From the NCBI GenBank assembly GCA_963699545.1, contig CAVOUE010000009.1, positions 32,001 to 96,000 on the forward strand: a stretch of DNA of 64,000 nt, given 5' to 3'. The stretch comes from Nitrospirota bacterium. Its GTDB lineage: Bacteria > Nitrospirota > Thermodesulfovibrionia > Thermodesulfovibrionales > UBA9159. The notes under the pieces are model-generated. The model searched no databases and had not been told where the DNA came from. It was given only the letters and a program-made list of their open reading frames with translations. A program made the translations under genes and the position numbers. This document shows positions 40,950 to 51,310 of this stretch, one piece after another (position 1 is the stretch's first letter; every line of letters begins with the position of its first letter).

Positions 40950-41329
40950 TTACAGCCCCCGGCGCATCGTTTCTTTTCAGGAAGAGGCACGACATTGTCC
41001 CTGGCGGGCTTGTCCTGCATGAAATGAGCAAGCCTTCTCCTGTCCTCTGCAATGGCCTCTTTCGGTATCCTTTCGAGGACCGAAACAAGCAGGAACCTCC
41101 GGAAAAAGTCCGCGTCGTCGATGCTGTAATGGGTCCATCGTCCCTGTTTCCTGTCTTTCAGAAAGCCGGCCTCTTTCAGCACGTTCAGGTGAAAGGATAC
41201 TTTCGGCTGAACCATATCAAGGCCCGCAACGATGTCACATACGCAGAGTTCTCCATGCTCAAGCAGCTTCAAGATCCTGAGCCTTGTTTCCTCCGAAAGC
41301 GCTTTGAAGATATTGATCATTTCCTGCAT
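40946..41329 (-). CDS. arsR: ArsR transcriptional repressor
   Basis: [16 protein letters not shown]-terminal CAGGC. Confidence 0.94.
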   Translation of the reverse strand: MQEMINIFKALSEETRLRILKLLEHGELCVCDIVAGLDMVQPKVSFHLNVLKEAGFLKDRKQGRWTHYSIDDADFFRRFLLVSVLERIPKEAIAEDRRRLAHFMQDKPARDNVVPLPEKKRCAGGCK

Positions 41330-41330
41330 G

Positions 41331-41570
41331 CTACACCTCTTCCTTAATCACGGCTTTCACTTTTTCAATGTTCGGCAGCGGCTTGCCGGAATGTTTGAGC
41401 TTGCCATTGACGAGAAGCCCAGGGGTGGACATGGTATATTTCATGATCTCCTGAATATCGGAAATCTTCTCAACCTTAGCATCCATGCCGAGTTCCTTCA
41501 GCGCTGTTTTCGCCAGCTGCTCCACTGTGTGACAATTGGCACATCCCGGACCTAATACTTTGATTTCCAT
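41331..41570 (-). CDS. Small redox-active disulfide (thioredoxin-like) protein
   Basis: MEIKVLGPGCANC, MSTPGL. Confidence 0.9.
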   Translation of the reverse strand: MEIKVLGPGCANCHTVEQLAKTALKELGMDAKVEKISDIQEIMKYTMSTPGLLVNGKLKHSGKPLPNIEKVKAVIKEEV

Positions 41571-41596
41571 AATCGAATCCTCCTTATAGTTCACAT

Positions 41597-42046
41597 TCAA
41601 CACTTTTTGGGCAACATACTAATTGCTGATTTTCGCTCGCCCAGTCGAGGCAACTTGACATGAAAGACCTGTGATGCCGCAAGAAGCCCGGCCTTGACGA
41701 TCAAGTCAGCAGGGATCGTCTCATGGGTCTGATCAGCATACTTAACAGTTCTGCATTCTGCGTCTCCACAAACCTCACAACAGGGGCTTTGTCCAGTCCG
41801 TGCGCCCAGCCACTCTTCAAGCGTCTTTCCAGCAATTAGGATTTTATTTGACTGTGATACATCCTTCATGAAAGCCTCAGGCTCGACAGCCTTTTTCACC
41901 AGGCTGACATTAATCTCAAAAGGCTTGAGCTCACGGGTAAGACTGGCTGCGGCCTTTTCCACTTGCTGCTCAGTCGAACCGCACCGCGGACATGTCTTCT
42001 TATGTTCATCGAGCAATCTTTGCCATTCAATGCTAAGTGTTTTCAC
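41597..42046 (-). CDS. DUF2703-like Cys-rich protein
   Basis: TCPRCGST, CCEVCGDAECRT, IPADLI. Confidence 0.78.
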   Translation of the reverse strand: MKTLSIEWQRLLDEHKKTCPRCGSTEQQVEKAAASLTRELKPFEINVSLVKKAVEPEAFMKDVSQSNKILIAGKTLEEWLGARTGQSPCCEVCGDAECRTVKYADQTHETIPADLIVKAGLLAASQVFHVKLPRLGERKSAISMLPKKC

Positions 42047-42057
42047 AGCTATGCCTC

Positions 42058-43008
42058 CTACAAAATCGCATTGAAGATATACCCTACCGCTGTAATAGTT
42101 ACAGCCATGATCCCTGCAAAAACAGCCAGCAAAGGAATCTTTAAAACCTTCCTCAGGATTATCATCTCAGGAAGAGACAAGGCGGTCACAGCCATCATAA
42201 ACGCAAGGACAGTCCCCATGCTCAAGCCTTTCTCCATAAGGGCATAGACGATCGGAATAACTCCTGCGGCATTAGAATAGAGCGGGACGCCAAGTGCAAC
42301 AGCCATGGGCACAGCAAAAGGATTGCCATTGCCTGCATATCGGATAAGAAAGTCCTGCGGTACATAGCCGTGAATAAAACCTCCTATAGCGATAGCCAGG
42401 ACAACAAACAACCATACCCTCTTTAGGATGTCTGCCGTATTCAATTTCGCGTACTGAAGCCTTTCCTTGAATGGCTGAGTGAAGACTTCCTGTCCCTGAC
42501 CGGTTTTGATCTTGTATACGTACTCCTCAACCCATTTCTCAAGCTTCAGTTTCCCGATTATTAATCCTGCCAGGACCGCTATCAAAAGACCGGTGCCCAT
42601 ATAAATCGCCGCTATCTTCCAGCCAAATAGCCCCCAGAGGAGGACCACGGCTACTTCATTTACCATTGGTGAGGAGATTACGAAAGAGAATGTAACACCC
42701 AAGGGTATACCGGCCTCCACAAAGCCTATGAACAGCGGCACAGCCGAGCAGGAGCAGAATGGGGTGACAGTACCAAGCAGGGCAGCCAGAATGTTACCAA
42801 TAAATTCCCGTTTATGAGATAAAATACGTTTGGTCTTTTCTGGCGGGAAATAGCTCCTGATCACTGAAACAATAAAGATGATGACGGCAAGCAGCAGAAA
42901 TATCTTGATCGTGTCGTAGATAAAGAAATTAAGGGCGTCTGCGAGCCGGGAACCTTGGTCAAGTTTTACAACGCCATAGGTTATGTGAGATGCAACATCT
43001 TTCAGCAT
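42058..43008 (-). CDS. arsP: ArsP-family permease
   Basis: TPFCSCSAVP, SSPMVNE, GVPLYSN, LSLPE. Confidence 0.9.
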   Translation of the reverse strand: MLKDVASHITYGVVKLDQGSRLADALNFFIYDTIKIFLLLAVIIFIVSVIRSYFPPEKTKRILSHKREFIGNILAALLGTVTPFCSCSAVPLFIGFVEAGIPLGVTFSFVISSPMVNEVAVVLLWGLFGWKIAAIYMGTGLLIAVLAGLIIGKLKLEKWVEEYVYKIKTGQGQEVFTQPFKERLQYAKLNTADILKRVWLFVVLAIAIGGFIHGYVPQDFLIRYAGNGNPFAVPMAVALGVPLYSNAAGVIPIVYALMEKGLSMGTVLAFMMAVTALSLPEMIILRKVLKIPLLAVFAGIMAVTITAVGYIFNAIL

Positions 43009-43042
43009 TGAAAGCCTCCAACCTGGTAACCAATCTGCTTTT

Positions 43043-43071
43043 ATATAAACATATCTTTATGCCTTTGTCAA
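43043..43071 (-). promoter_or_regulatory. Sigma-70 promoter with overlapping ArsR-type operator palindrome
   Basis: TTGACA (43066-43071), then TTATAT/TATATA at 17-18 bp; ATAAA-CATATC-TTTAT at 43045-43060. Confidence 0.65.
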
Positions 43072-43287
43072 CTCAGGCCCACAACATTATGATCTTAAAG
43101 ATAATTTAATTTTCACGATAACAAAGTAATAGCTTCTTATTTATTGATGACAAGGAGACAATGGGGAACCCTGGCGGCGGTGAGCCGTGGGCGGGCGAGG
43201 AGGCCCCACAAGCAGACGAGACAGGTAATGCATACGCTTTTCGGGCGACCACCTTTAGCCAGTGGCAAACAAAAGAAACGTCACCTG

Positions 43288-43581
43288 CTACTCCTTCAGG
43301 CTGTCAGGCACCGAACTTCCCGTCTTGAACTGCTCGAAGGCCTCGTCCAGTTCGTTTTCGTTGCAGGAATACGCCAGGCCGGCGGAGAGCACATGGGGAA
43401 GGTTCATGATCGCCTTCATCTTCCGGACCTCTTCACCCGTGTCCCTGCCCTCCAGAGTGACGATTATCTTCCCTGAGTCATCATGGAAATGGACATCGCA
43501 CAGCCCTGAAGACTTCAGACTTTCCAGCACATTCTGGAGGTGTTCAGGCGCTGCCTTGACCACGATGCCTGATATATTCAT
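43288..43581 (-). CDS. napD: NapD chaperone
   Basis: MNISGIVV, GKIIVTLE; last gene of the nap run. Confidence 0.9.
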   Translation of the reverse strand: MNISGIVVKAAPEHLQNVLESLKSSGLCDVHFHDDSGKIIVTLEGRDTGEEVRKMKAIMNLPHVLSAGLAYSCNENELDEAFEQFKTGSSVPDSLKE

Positions 43582-44162
43582 TCGGCTTTTACCCCCTCGT
43601 TCAGGGAATCTATCAGGTCAGAGCTTGTCTTGCTCTTCTTGTTTCTGAAGTCAGCCTTGAACTGGTTCTTTATAGGCTCGGGGATATTGACCTGCGGCAC
43701 ATGGCACTGCATGCAGCCGTACCGTTTGCCGTCGAGCTTGCCTCCAAGGTACTTTCCCGTATCCATATCAATAAAATGGGACTTCGGCAAAGCAGTTGCC
43801 CCAAGGCTCTTTGCAACGTCGGGCATATGACAGTTAAGACACATATTGTTCGTCTCTGCGATGGGGAGCATGCCGGTCAGATCATGGGGTATCAGAGGAG
43901 GGCTGTTTTCAAAGGCCCTCTCTATCCTCCTGCTCTTGCCGGGCTCCGTCTTGCTGTATTCTCCGTGTTCGGGCTTGACCTTTTCCTCTTCATAGATCGA
44001 CTCTTTCCTGATCCCGAGGTCCTCCTCACCCTGCGACTTCTTGTCGGCCATCGCAATGCCGGACCAGAAGAAAATAGTCATAGCCAAAAAGGCTGCGACC
44101 ACTTTTCTGTGTTCATTTCTTATCATATGAGCCTCCTTTCCCCTTTGCTCTTCCCTTTTCAT
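43578..44162 (-). CDS. napB: NapB diheme cytochrome c
   Basis: RAFENSPPLIPH, CLNCH, CMQCHVPQ; start may be slightly downstream. Confidence 0.93.
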   Translation of the reverse strand: MKREEQRGKEAHMIRNEHRKVVAAFLAMTIFFWSGIAMADKKSQGEEDLGIRKESIYEEEKVKPEHGEYSKTEPGKSRRIERAFENSPPLIPHDLTGMLPIAETNNMCLNCHMPDVAKSLGATALPKSHFIDMDTGKYLGGKLDGKRYGCMQCHVPQVNIPEPIKNQFKADFRNKKSKTSSDLIDSLNEGVKAE

Positions 44163-44950
44163 GAAATATACCGTATCCCGAATCTCATGGCATCATCATC
44201 ACAAACCTCGATGCACCGGGCACAGTTCGTACACTCCCCGGAAACCACCATCGAGCTCGTCTTTCCGACCATGGGCAGCACCTGTGCTTCAGGACAGACC
44301 TCTCTGCATCTCATGCATTGTGTACATTTATCCCTGTCATGCCTCACTCTTATCAGACTGAATCTGGTGATGAGGGAATAGAAACCTCCCAGGGGGCAGA
44401 GATGACCGCAGAAACCATGCCCGGCGATAAGGAGGTCGAAGAGGAATATGGCAAGCACAGCTGTCCAGCCGGCTCCCATTCCGAAGATCACTCCCCTGTG
44501 AAACATTGATATGGGGCTTATCCACTCAAAGGCAGCTACCCCTGTGACGACGGAAAGGACGAGGGTAATGCCGATACCCCAGTACCGGGCCTTTCTGCTC
44601 AACCCGCCTTCTCCCTCCACCCCCGTCTTCTCTCTCATACAGCCCGCCAGGTCGGTCACCATGTTCAGCGGACACACCCAACTGCAGAAGGCCCTCCCGG
44701 CCACAAGGCCGAAAAAGACGGTTACAATAAGTGCCCCCGTAAGCGCCTCTGCTGATACCAGACTCCCGGTGGCAAAGATCTGAATAATGGCAAAGGGGTC
44801 GGAGAAGGGTATTTCACCAAGGAATCTTGATGAACTGAGGTTCCCGCTCAGGACGTGCCAGCCGAGGATGTTTCCGCCCATGAAAAGCAACAGGAGGGAT
44901 ACCTGCGACATCCTCCGAAGGACCATGTACCGGTATTTCATCAGATCCAT
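44159..44950 (-). CDS. napH: NapH quinol dehydrogenase membrane subunit
   Basis: GRAFCSWVCP, FCGHLCPLG, two 4Fe-4S motifs. Confidence 0.94.
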   Translation of the reverse strand: MDLMKYRYMVLRRMSQVSLLLLFMGGNILGWHVLSGNLSSSRFLGEIPFSDPFAIIQIFATGSLVSAEALTGALIVTVFFGLVAGRAFCSWVCPLNMVTDLAGCMREKTGVEGEGGLSRKARYWGIGITLVLSVVTGVAAFEWISPISMFHRGVIFGMGAGWTAVLAIFLFDLLIAGHGFCGHLCPLGGFYSLITRFSLIRVRHDRDKCTQCMRCREVCPEAQVLPMVGKTSSMVVSGECTNCARCIEVCDDDAMRFGIRYIS

Positions 44951-44955
44951 CACGA

Positions 44956-45768
44956 TCAAATATCTCCCTTGTTGAGATAGTCAATGGGGTCCTTTTGCGA
45001 CCTCGGCGTCACGGTCTTTGTTTCCTCAGGAAGTTCTCCCATACGCTGCTCATCACTGGCGTCCCAGCCTTTTATATACCGCGCCGAGGATTCGCCCATG
45101 GCGATATGCCTCGGGAGGACAAAGATAGACGCTTTCTCCGTAACGCATGCCCGCTCGCACATTCCGCATCCGGTGCAGTGTTCACTGCGGACAACGGGTG
45201 CGAGGATGGCATGTTTTCCTGTCCTCTCATTCCTGAGGTGCTCCACTTTAATCGCTTTGTCCATCACCGGGCACGAGCGGTAACAGGCATCGCACTGAAT
45301 ACCCCAGTATGCTACGCAGGCCTCCCTGTCGATCACTGCAAGGCCTATCCTGGCCAGGTTGATATCGGGCTTTCTCCTTCCCTGCTCATCTTTCCCGCTC
45401 ACAAGGGCAAGGTCAAGGGCCCCGGTAGGGCACGCGGCAGCGCAAGGGATATCTTTGCACATACGGCATGGGTTTTCCCGCATCGCAAAATAAGGTGTCC
45501 CGACGGGCCTTTCATCACCAGGTTTGGCAAGGATCAATACCTTGTAGGGACATGCCTCAACACATATCCCGCATTTGGTACATTTCGCAAGGAACCTGTC
45601 CTCAGGGATCGCGCCCGGAGGCCGAAGGATAAAGGGGTAGGCTTTCTTTCCGTCAAGAAAGCCTCTCCAGACGAGCCCTCCCACAGCTGCTGCACCGATG
45701 CCCTTCACGGCCCCGATGAGAAACCGCCTCCTTTCAGGCATCTTCTCAGTCTCCTCATCCCTGGCCAT
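44956..45768 (-). CDS. napG: NapG periplasmic ferredoxin
   Basis: RRRFL Tat signal, LRPPGA, four Cys clusters. Confidence 0.94.
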   Translation of the reverse strand: MARDEETEKMPERRRFLIGAVKGIGAAAVGGLVWRGFLDGKKAYPFILRPPGAIPEDRFLAKCTKCGICVEACPYKVLILAKPGDERPVGTPYFAMRENPCRMCKDIPCAAACPTGALDLALVSGKDEQGRRKPDINLARIGLAVIDREACVAYWGIQCDACYRSCPVMDKAIKVEHLRNERTGKHAILAPVVRSEHCTGCGMCERACVTEKASIFVLPRHIAMGESSARYIKGWDASDEQRMGELPEETKTVTPRSQKDPIDYLNKGDI

Positions 45769-45783
45769 ACGCAGCCGACGCCC

Positions 45784-48555
45784 CTAAGCCTTGTAAACTT
45801 TTACTGCACATTTTTTGAAATCCGTCTCCTTCGAAAGCGGACAGGTGGCATCAAGGGTGACCTTGTTGATAAAAACGTTCTCATCGAACCAGGGGACGAA
45901 TATGAGCCCCTGGGGCGGAATGTTCCTTCCCCGTGTCTCGACCCTCGCCTTCACTTTCCCTCTCCTTGACTCAATCCACACAAGTTCGCCCTCCTTGAAA
46001 CCCGATTTCTTGGCGTCCTTCTGGTTCATAAAGCAGAGGGCTTCAGGCACGGCACGGTAGAGTTCAGGGACCCTCATGGTCATTGTTCCGCTGTGCCAGT
46101 GTTCAAGGACCCTTCCTGTACAGAGCCACAACGGATATTCGCCATCCGGAATCTCGGCGGGGTCGATATAATGCCTGAGGAATATCTTCGCCTTATTCGG
46201 AAGCTTTACCTTCTCGTCTCCTTTGGGGCCGAGGAGGTCGCCTTTTGGTATCTCCTTGAATGCAGCGCCGTAAAACGCGAATTTGCCGTGATCCGCCTTT
46301 TTCGCATACGGGTCGTATTCAGCATTGAACCTCCACAACGTCTCTTTGCCGTCCACGACCGGCCATCTCAGTCCCCTGACCTTATGGTAGGCGTCGAAGT
46401 CCGCCAAGTCGTGACCATGCCCGAACCCGAACTTCCTGTATTCCTCCCACAGGTATTTCTGGAGGAAAAAGCCATACCCCTTGAATCCCTCCACATTCCT
46501 CCTGTCCCCTGCCACCTCTGTGTTGAAGAACCCTGCTCCTATGGAATCAGGCCACTTGTATCCCTTTGCCTCCTTGTTGGCAAAGAGCACGTCAAACAGA
46601 GTGTCGGTCTCCTTATAGCCCATATCCTTTGCTTTGCCGAGGACATTGGGCAGGGTCGTCTTGTCATCGATCTTCTGTTCTTTCCAGACCTCCGAAAGCG
46701 GGAACCTCTTCGAAAACTCCATGAGCTGCCATGTGTCCGACATTGCCTTTCCCAGAGGAGTGACCTGCTGCCTCCAGTGCTGGGTCCTTCTCTCGGCATT
46801 GCCGTAAGCCCCCCACTTTTCGAAGATCATTGCGGCAGGGAGGATAAGGTCGGCCACCTTCGCAGAGATGCCGGGATACGCTTCCGACACCACAATGAAA
46901 TTATCCATCTCCCGCGCTGCAGTTATCCAGTGGTTGGCGTTGGCGGTATTTTGCCACGGGTTATTGACCTGCACCCAAACCCACTTGATCTTCCCGTCTT
47001 CCAGATCCCTCATGATCTTCACGTAATGGGAACCGACCACCGGATTCAGTGTAGCCTCCGGAAGTTTCCATATCTTTTCGGTGATCTCCCGGTGTTTGGG
47101 ATTTGCCACAACCATGTCTGCGGGAAGTCTGTGCGCAAAGGTCCCGACCTCCCTCGCGGTCCCACAGGCGCTGGGCTGCCCGGTCAGGCTGAACGCGCCA
47201 TTGCCGGGCTGTGCCTGTTTGCCCAGGAGGAGATGGATCGAGTAGATCTGCTCGTTCACCCATGTGCCCCGCACATGCTGGTTAAAGCCCATTGTCCAGA
47301 AGCTTACCACCTTCCTTCCCCTTTCGGCATAGAGGTCAGCAAGCTTCAAAAGTTTCTTCTTGAACTCATCCAGCGGTTCGTCGGCATCCCCCTTTGCCAG
47401 AGGGGCGACAAAATCGAGAGTGTAGGGCTCAAGCCCCTTCTTAAAATCCTCGAACGTGATGGCCCAGTGTGCATCAGGTGCACCGGCGTGCTTCATCTCC
47501 ATCTTGTCGCCGGCCTTGATACCCAAGGCGGTCATTGCTGTTGCTTCCTCTTTCGTAACGATCTTGTATGCCTCTTTGCTTGCGGTGTCCAGCTCGGTCT
47601 TCTTGTATTTTGCATGATCGGTCTTCGGCCTCAGGCCATAGCCGATGTCTACGTAGCCGGTAGCAAACACACAGTTGTTATCCACAAAATCCCGGTCTAC
47701 CGCATCGGGGCGGTTATAGACGATCTCCCGCAGGATATAGTTCTGAATAGCGAGGTCTGTATTCGGCTTGAAGATGATCTCTATATCAGCCAGATTGGAG
47801 CATCGGTTGGTGTAAGTCGACAGGTTGACCACCTTCACCTTCTGGGGATCAGCCAGCTTTCTGTCGGTTATCTTGGACCACAGGACCGGGTGCATCTCCG
47901 CCATGTTCGCTCCCCACAGGACAAGCGTGTCAGAGTGGTGCATGTCGTCATAATTGCCCGCAGGTTCGTCAATACCGAAGGTCTGCATAAAGGCCACGAC
48001 AGCGCTGGCCATGCAGTGCCTCGCATTGGGGTCCAGATTGTTGGACCTGAACCCGCCCTTCATGAGCTTTGCCGCTGCATACCCTTCCATGATGGTGTAC
48101 TGCCCCGAGCCGAAAACAGCGACACCGGTCGGTCCGAGCTGGTTGTAATACTTCCTGAACTGCTTTGCCATTTCATCGAACGCCTTCTGCCATGTAACAG
48201 GCTTGAACTTCCCTTTCTTGTCGAAATCCCCTTTCTCGTTCACCCTCAAGAGCGGCTCAGTGAGCCGGTCTGCGCCATAAATGATCTTGGCATTGAAGTA
48301 CCCCTTGATGCAGTTCAGTCCCATATTCACCGGCGCCACGGGGTCTCCCTTCACCGCCACGATCCTGTCGGCCTTTGTGGCGACCATAAGACCGCATCCT
48401 GTGCCGCAGAACCTGCACACGGATTTGTCCCATCGCCATCCCGCCTCAGCCTTCTTCGCTTCTGCCAGCAGTCCGTCCGGTACCGATATGCCAACCGCTG
48501 TTGCAGCAGCCACTGCTGCGCTCGCCTTCAGAAATTCTCTCCTTGACAGTGACAT
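45784..48555 (-). CDS. napA: Periplasmic nitrate reductase catalytic subunit
   Basis: [45 protein letters not shown]. Confidence 0.97.
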   Translation of the reverse strand: MSLSRREFLKASAAVAAATAVGISVPDGLLAEAKKAEAGWRWDKSVCRFCGTGCGLMVATKADRIVAVKGDPVAPVNMGLNCIKGYFNAKIIYGADRLTEPLLRVNEKGDFDKKGKFKPVTWQKAFDEMAKQFRKYYNQLGPTGVAVFGSGQYTIMEGYAAAKLMKGGFRSNNLDPNARHCMASAVVAFMQTFGIDEPAGNYDDMHHSDTLVLWGANMAEMHPVLWSKITDRKLADPQKVKVVNLSTYTNRCSNLADIEIIFKPNTDLAIQNYILREIVYNRPDAVDRDFVDNNCVFATGYVDIGYGLRPKTDHAKYKKTELDTASKEAYKIVTKEEATAMTALGIKAGDKMEMKHAGAPDAHWAITFEDFKKGLEPYTLDFVAPLAKGDADEPLDEFKKKLLKLADLYAERGRKVVSFWTMGFNQHVRGTWVNEQIYSIHLLLGKQAQPGNGAFSLTGQPSACGTAREVGTFAHRLPADMVVANPKHREITEKIWKLPEATLNPVVGSHYVKIMRDLEDGKIKWVWVQVNNPWQNTANANHWITAAREMDNFIVVSEAYPGISAKVADLILPAAMIFEKWGAYGNAERRTQHWRQQVTPLGKAMSDTWQLMEFSKRFPLSEVWKEQKIDDKTTLPNVLGKAKDMGYKETDTLFDVLFANKEAKGYKWPDSIGAGFFNTEVAGDRRNVEGFKGYGFFLQKYLWEEYRKFGFGHGHDLADFDAYHKVRGLRWPVVDGKETLWRFNAEYDPYAKKADHGKFAFYGAAFKEIPKGDLLGPKGDEKVKLPNKAKIFLRHYIDPAEIPDGEYPLWLCTGRVLEHWHSGTMTMRVPELYRAVPEALCFMNQKDAKKSGFKEGELVWIESRRGKVKARVETRGRNIPPQGLIFVPWFDENVFINKVTLDATCPLSKETDFKKCAVKVYKA

Positions 48556-48660
48556 GTTTACCCCCTTTGTGGTGCTAATGAATGAGTTTTCTCGATTCCC
48601 TTATGACAATTTCGAGCCCCTTCATAAAAAGAAATTTTAACCCATAAGATCCGGCGGCAC

Positions 48661-48676
48661 CATGACCTATATCATG
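48661..48676. promoter_or_regulatory. Crp/Fnr-family-like palindrome upstream of napA
   Basis: CATGA-CCTATA-TCATG (TGA-N6-TCA core), about 105 bp from the napA start. Confidence 0.45.
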
Positions 48677-48890
48677 CCTGAGATATGAACATTCTTTATG
48701 AGCGACATTATCAGGTGAGCCCCATGGATGTGCCGGTTCCACGTTTTTCCTCTTTCTAAGAAAAGTCTATCCGTAGAACACGCTACTGTCAAGCTGCAGT
48801 TTTAGGCCTTCCCCGAGATGGTCTGGCACCCCAGCACAGTTTCCGTCTGGGTGTCTTGTGCACGAAACATTATCTGTTATACTTGCACGT

Positions 48891-50604
48891 ATGGAGCTTA
48901 CGGAAAATGCCCTTACGGTTCTCCGGGCGCGGTATCTTCTCAAGAATGAGCGCGGTGAGGTCATCGAAACCCCGGAGGGGCTGTTCAATCGTGTAGCATC
49001 TACCATTGCCGCGGCTGAAAAGCTGTACGGCGGCGATGTTCCTTTATGGGAAGCAGCATTTTACGAACTCATGGCAAACCTCAGGTTCCTCCCCAACTCA
49101 CCTGCCCTTATGAATGCGGGGAAAAGCATTGGCCAGCTGGCAGCCTGCTTTGTCCTCCCCGTGGAGGACTCGATGCAAAGCATTTTCGATACCCTGAAGA
49201 ATACCGCCCTCATATTGCAGAGCGGCGGAGGGACGGGCTTCTCCTTCTCAAAGTTGCGTCCCAGGACCGATATGGTGCGTTCCACCGGCGGAATAGCGAG
49301 CGGGCCTGTTTCCTTCATGAAGATATACAATACCGCCACAGAGGTGATCAAACAGGGAGGCGCGCGGCGGGGGGCAAATATGGGCATCCTGCGGGTTGAC
49401 CATCCCGACATCATGGAGTTCATCAGGATCAAGAGGAACGAAAGGGAAATGACGAATTTCAATATCTCGGTTGCCGTCACGGATGCCTTCATGGAAGCCC
49501 TCAAGAACGACAGGGAATATGATCTGATAAACCCCAGGAGCAAGGGGGTAGCCGGAAGGTTAAGGGCCAAGGTCGTCTTTGATGAGATCGTGGCGAGCGC
49601 ATGGGAAACAGGTGATCCCGGGTTGGTCTTTATCGACAGGATAAACAAGTTTAATCCGACACCGAACATAGGCGAGATGGAGAGCACCAATCCGTGCGGG
49701 GAACAGCCGTTACTCCCTTACGAGGCCTGTATCCTTGGTTCCATCAATCTCTCAAAGTATGTCCTGGGGGACAGAGGGCTCCCCAAAGATAGATTATGCC
49801 TCCCTTGCGGTGGATATTAAGACAGCAGTGAGGTTCCTTGACAACTCCATTGACGTAAATAAATACCCCCTTCCCGCTATAGAGGCCATGCATAGGGGCA
49901 ACAGGAAGATAGGCCTCGGCATTATGGGCTGGGCAGACATGCTGATACTTCTCGGTATCCCCTATAATGCCGGAAAGGCCTTCCGCCTTGCCAGGGAGCT
50001 TATGAAATTCATCAGGGAAAACGCACGGGAAGCGTCTGTTGAACTGGGAGGGAAAAGAGGTCTTTTCCCGAACTTCAGAGGCTCGATCTATGACGCTACC
50101 GGCATGCCCCGCGTGAGAAATGCCACCACCACGACCATTGCACCCACAGGAACCCTTTCGATCATTGCAGACTGCTCAAGCGGCATAGAGCCTCTCTTTG
50201 CACTGGCATACAAGAGGCTGATCCTTGATTCGGAACTCTATGAAGTCAACACGTATTTCTTCAGGGTTGCAAAGGAGCAGACTTTTTACTCCCCGGAGCT
50301 GGAAAAAGAGGTCATCAATAAAGGGTCCTTAAGGGGAATACGGAAGGTACCTTCTGAAGTAAGGCGGCTCTTCAAGACCGCCCACGATATCCCCCCCCAA
50401 GACCACCTGGAGATGCAGGCGGCATTTCAGGAATATACCGACAATGCCGTCTCTAAGACCATAAACATGCCCCGCCGCTCAAAAAAAGATGACGTTGCAA
50501 ACACGTACCTTCTTGCCTATGAGAAAGGGTTGAAGGGGATCACTATCTTCAGGTACGGCACCGCAAAAAAAGGGACGCTGGTCAGGGTGAGCGACTCTGA
50601 CTGA
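48891..50604 (+). CDS. nrdJ: Class II (AdoCbl) ribonucleotide reductase; frameshift in G-run near 49770
   Basis: PNSPALMNAG, AACF, GGGTG, RRGANM, TNPCGEQPL, TIAPTGT, VSKTIN; no beta subunit and no C-terminal Tyr pair. Confidence 0.9.
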
Positions 50605-50626
50605 GTTCGGCGGTACGTCTTGCTTT

Positions 50627-50664
50627 TGTTTCAGCCCCTCCCCTGACGGGAAGGGGCTGAAACA
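50627..50664. terminator. Stem-loop between convergent genes
   Basis: TGTTTCAGCCCCTCCCC / GGGAAGGGGCTGAAACA, 17 bp with one mismatch. Confidence 0.75.
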
Positions 50665-50683
50665 GCTTACTCCTGATGCAGTG

Positions 50684-51109
50684 TTACTTACAGTCCCCGA
50701 TGCGGCGTCCGGTCATCTGATGGGTCATTTCCATTTTGCCCGTGTCCTTGGTATCCATCACCATTTTCATCACCCCGTCGAACCCGTTGCCCTTGTACGT
50801 GATTGTACCGGTGCCGTCCATGGTCCCTTCCTTCATGCGGCACTGCACCACCCAGGTAACGGTATTGCCGTCCACCTTGGTACTTATCAATTTGCAGTCC
50901 TCATTCTTTTCTTTCTTCTGAGGTACCAGGTCTTTTTTTGTGAGACACTGATTAAATTTCATGGGAGGCATTTCCATCGGCATTCCCGGCATCTCGGTCT
51001 TCATGGTCATTTCCCACATGCCGTCCTCCATATTCGGCTCTCCAAAGGCAAGCCCTCCGGCGGCGAGTGAGAGCATAATGCATACTGCGAGAGCGACTCT
51101 AAAACGCAT
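50684..51109 (-). CDS. DUF3617-family secreted protein
   Basis: Signal peptide, GMWEMT, QCLT..C..W..C, GRRIGDCK; GGAGGAG RBS. Confidence 0.85.
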   Translation of the reverse strand: MRFRVALAVCIMLSLAAGGLAFGEPNMEDGMWEMTMKTEMPGMPMEMPPMKFNQCLTKKDLVPQKKEKNEDCKLISTKVDGNTVTWVVQCRMKEGTMDGTGTITYKGNGFDGVMKMVMDTKDTGKMEMTHQMTGRRIGDCK

Positions 51110-51187
51110 AGCAACTCCTCCTTTTGTTTTGATTGTTTCTCTCGTGCGCCGAACAACACATGCGCTGCTGCACGTCTCGGGTATGAC

Positions 51188-51231
51188 AAGAATCAAAAGG
51201 GATACGGACTTCCGCAGCCCTCTTGATTCTT
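51188..51231 (-). terminator. Inverted repeat downstream of tRNA-Pro
   Basis: AAGAATCAAAAGGG / CCCTCTTGATTCTT. Confidence 0.55.
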
Positions 51232-51232
51232 A

Positions 51233-51309
51233 TGGTCGGGGCGACCTGATTTGAACAGGCGACCACTCGCACCCCAAGCGAGTGCGCTACCAGGCTGCGC
51301 TACGCCCCG
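51233..51309 (-). tRNA. tRNA-Pro (GGG)
   Basis: CGGGGCGTAGCGCAGCCTGGTAGCGC...CTCGC-TT-GGG-GT-GCGAG...GTTCAAATC...CGCCCCGACCA, 77-nt cloverleaf. Confidence 0.97.
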
Positions 51310-51310
51310 A

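Noticed and set aside
43170-43215. HDV-like ribozyme (GCCTCCTCGC on the minus strand)
   Set aside because: The required P3 partner (GGC) and the P1/P2 nested pseudoknot pairings could not be found.
46093-48546. 817-aa antisense ORF to napA (likewise 10842-12488, 8815-10305, 37292-38263, 44995-45969)
   Set aside because: Shadow frames of well-supported genes with biased codon usage; no recognisable motifs.
51233-51309. tRNA-Pro as an integration site for an island
   Set aside because: No duplicated tRNA 3' end and no integrase were seen in the window.
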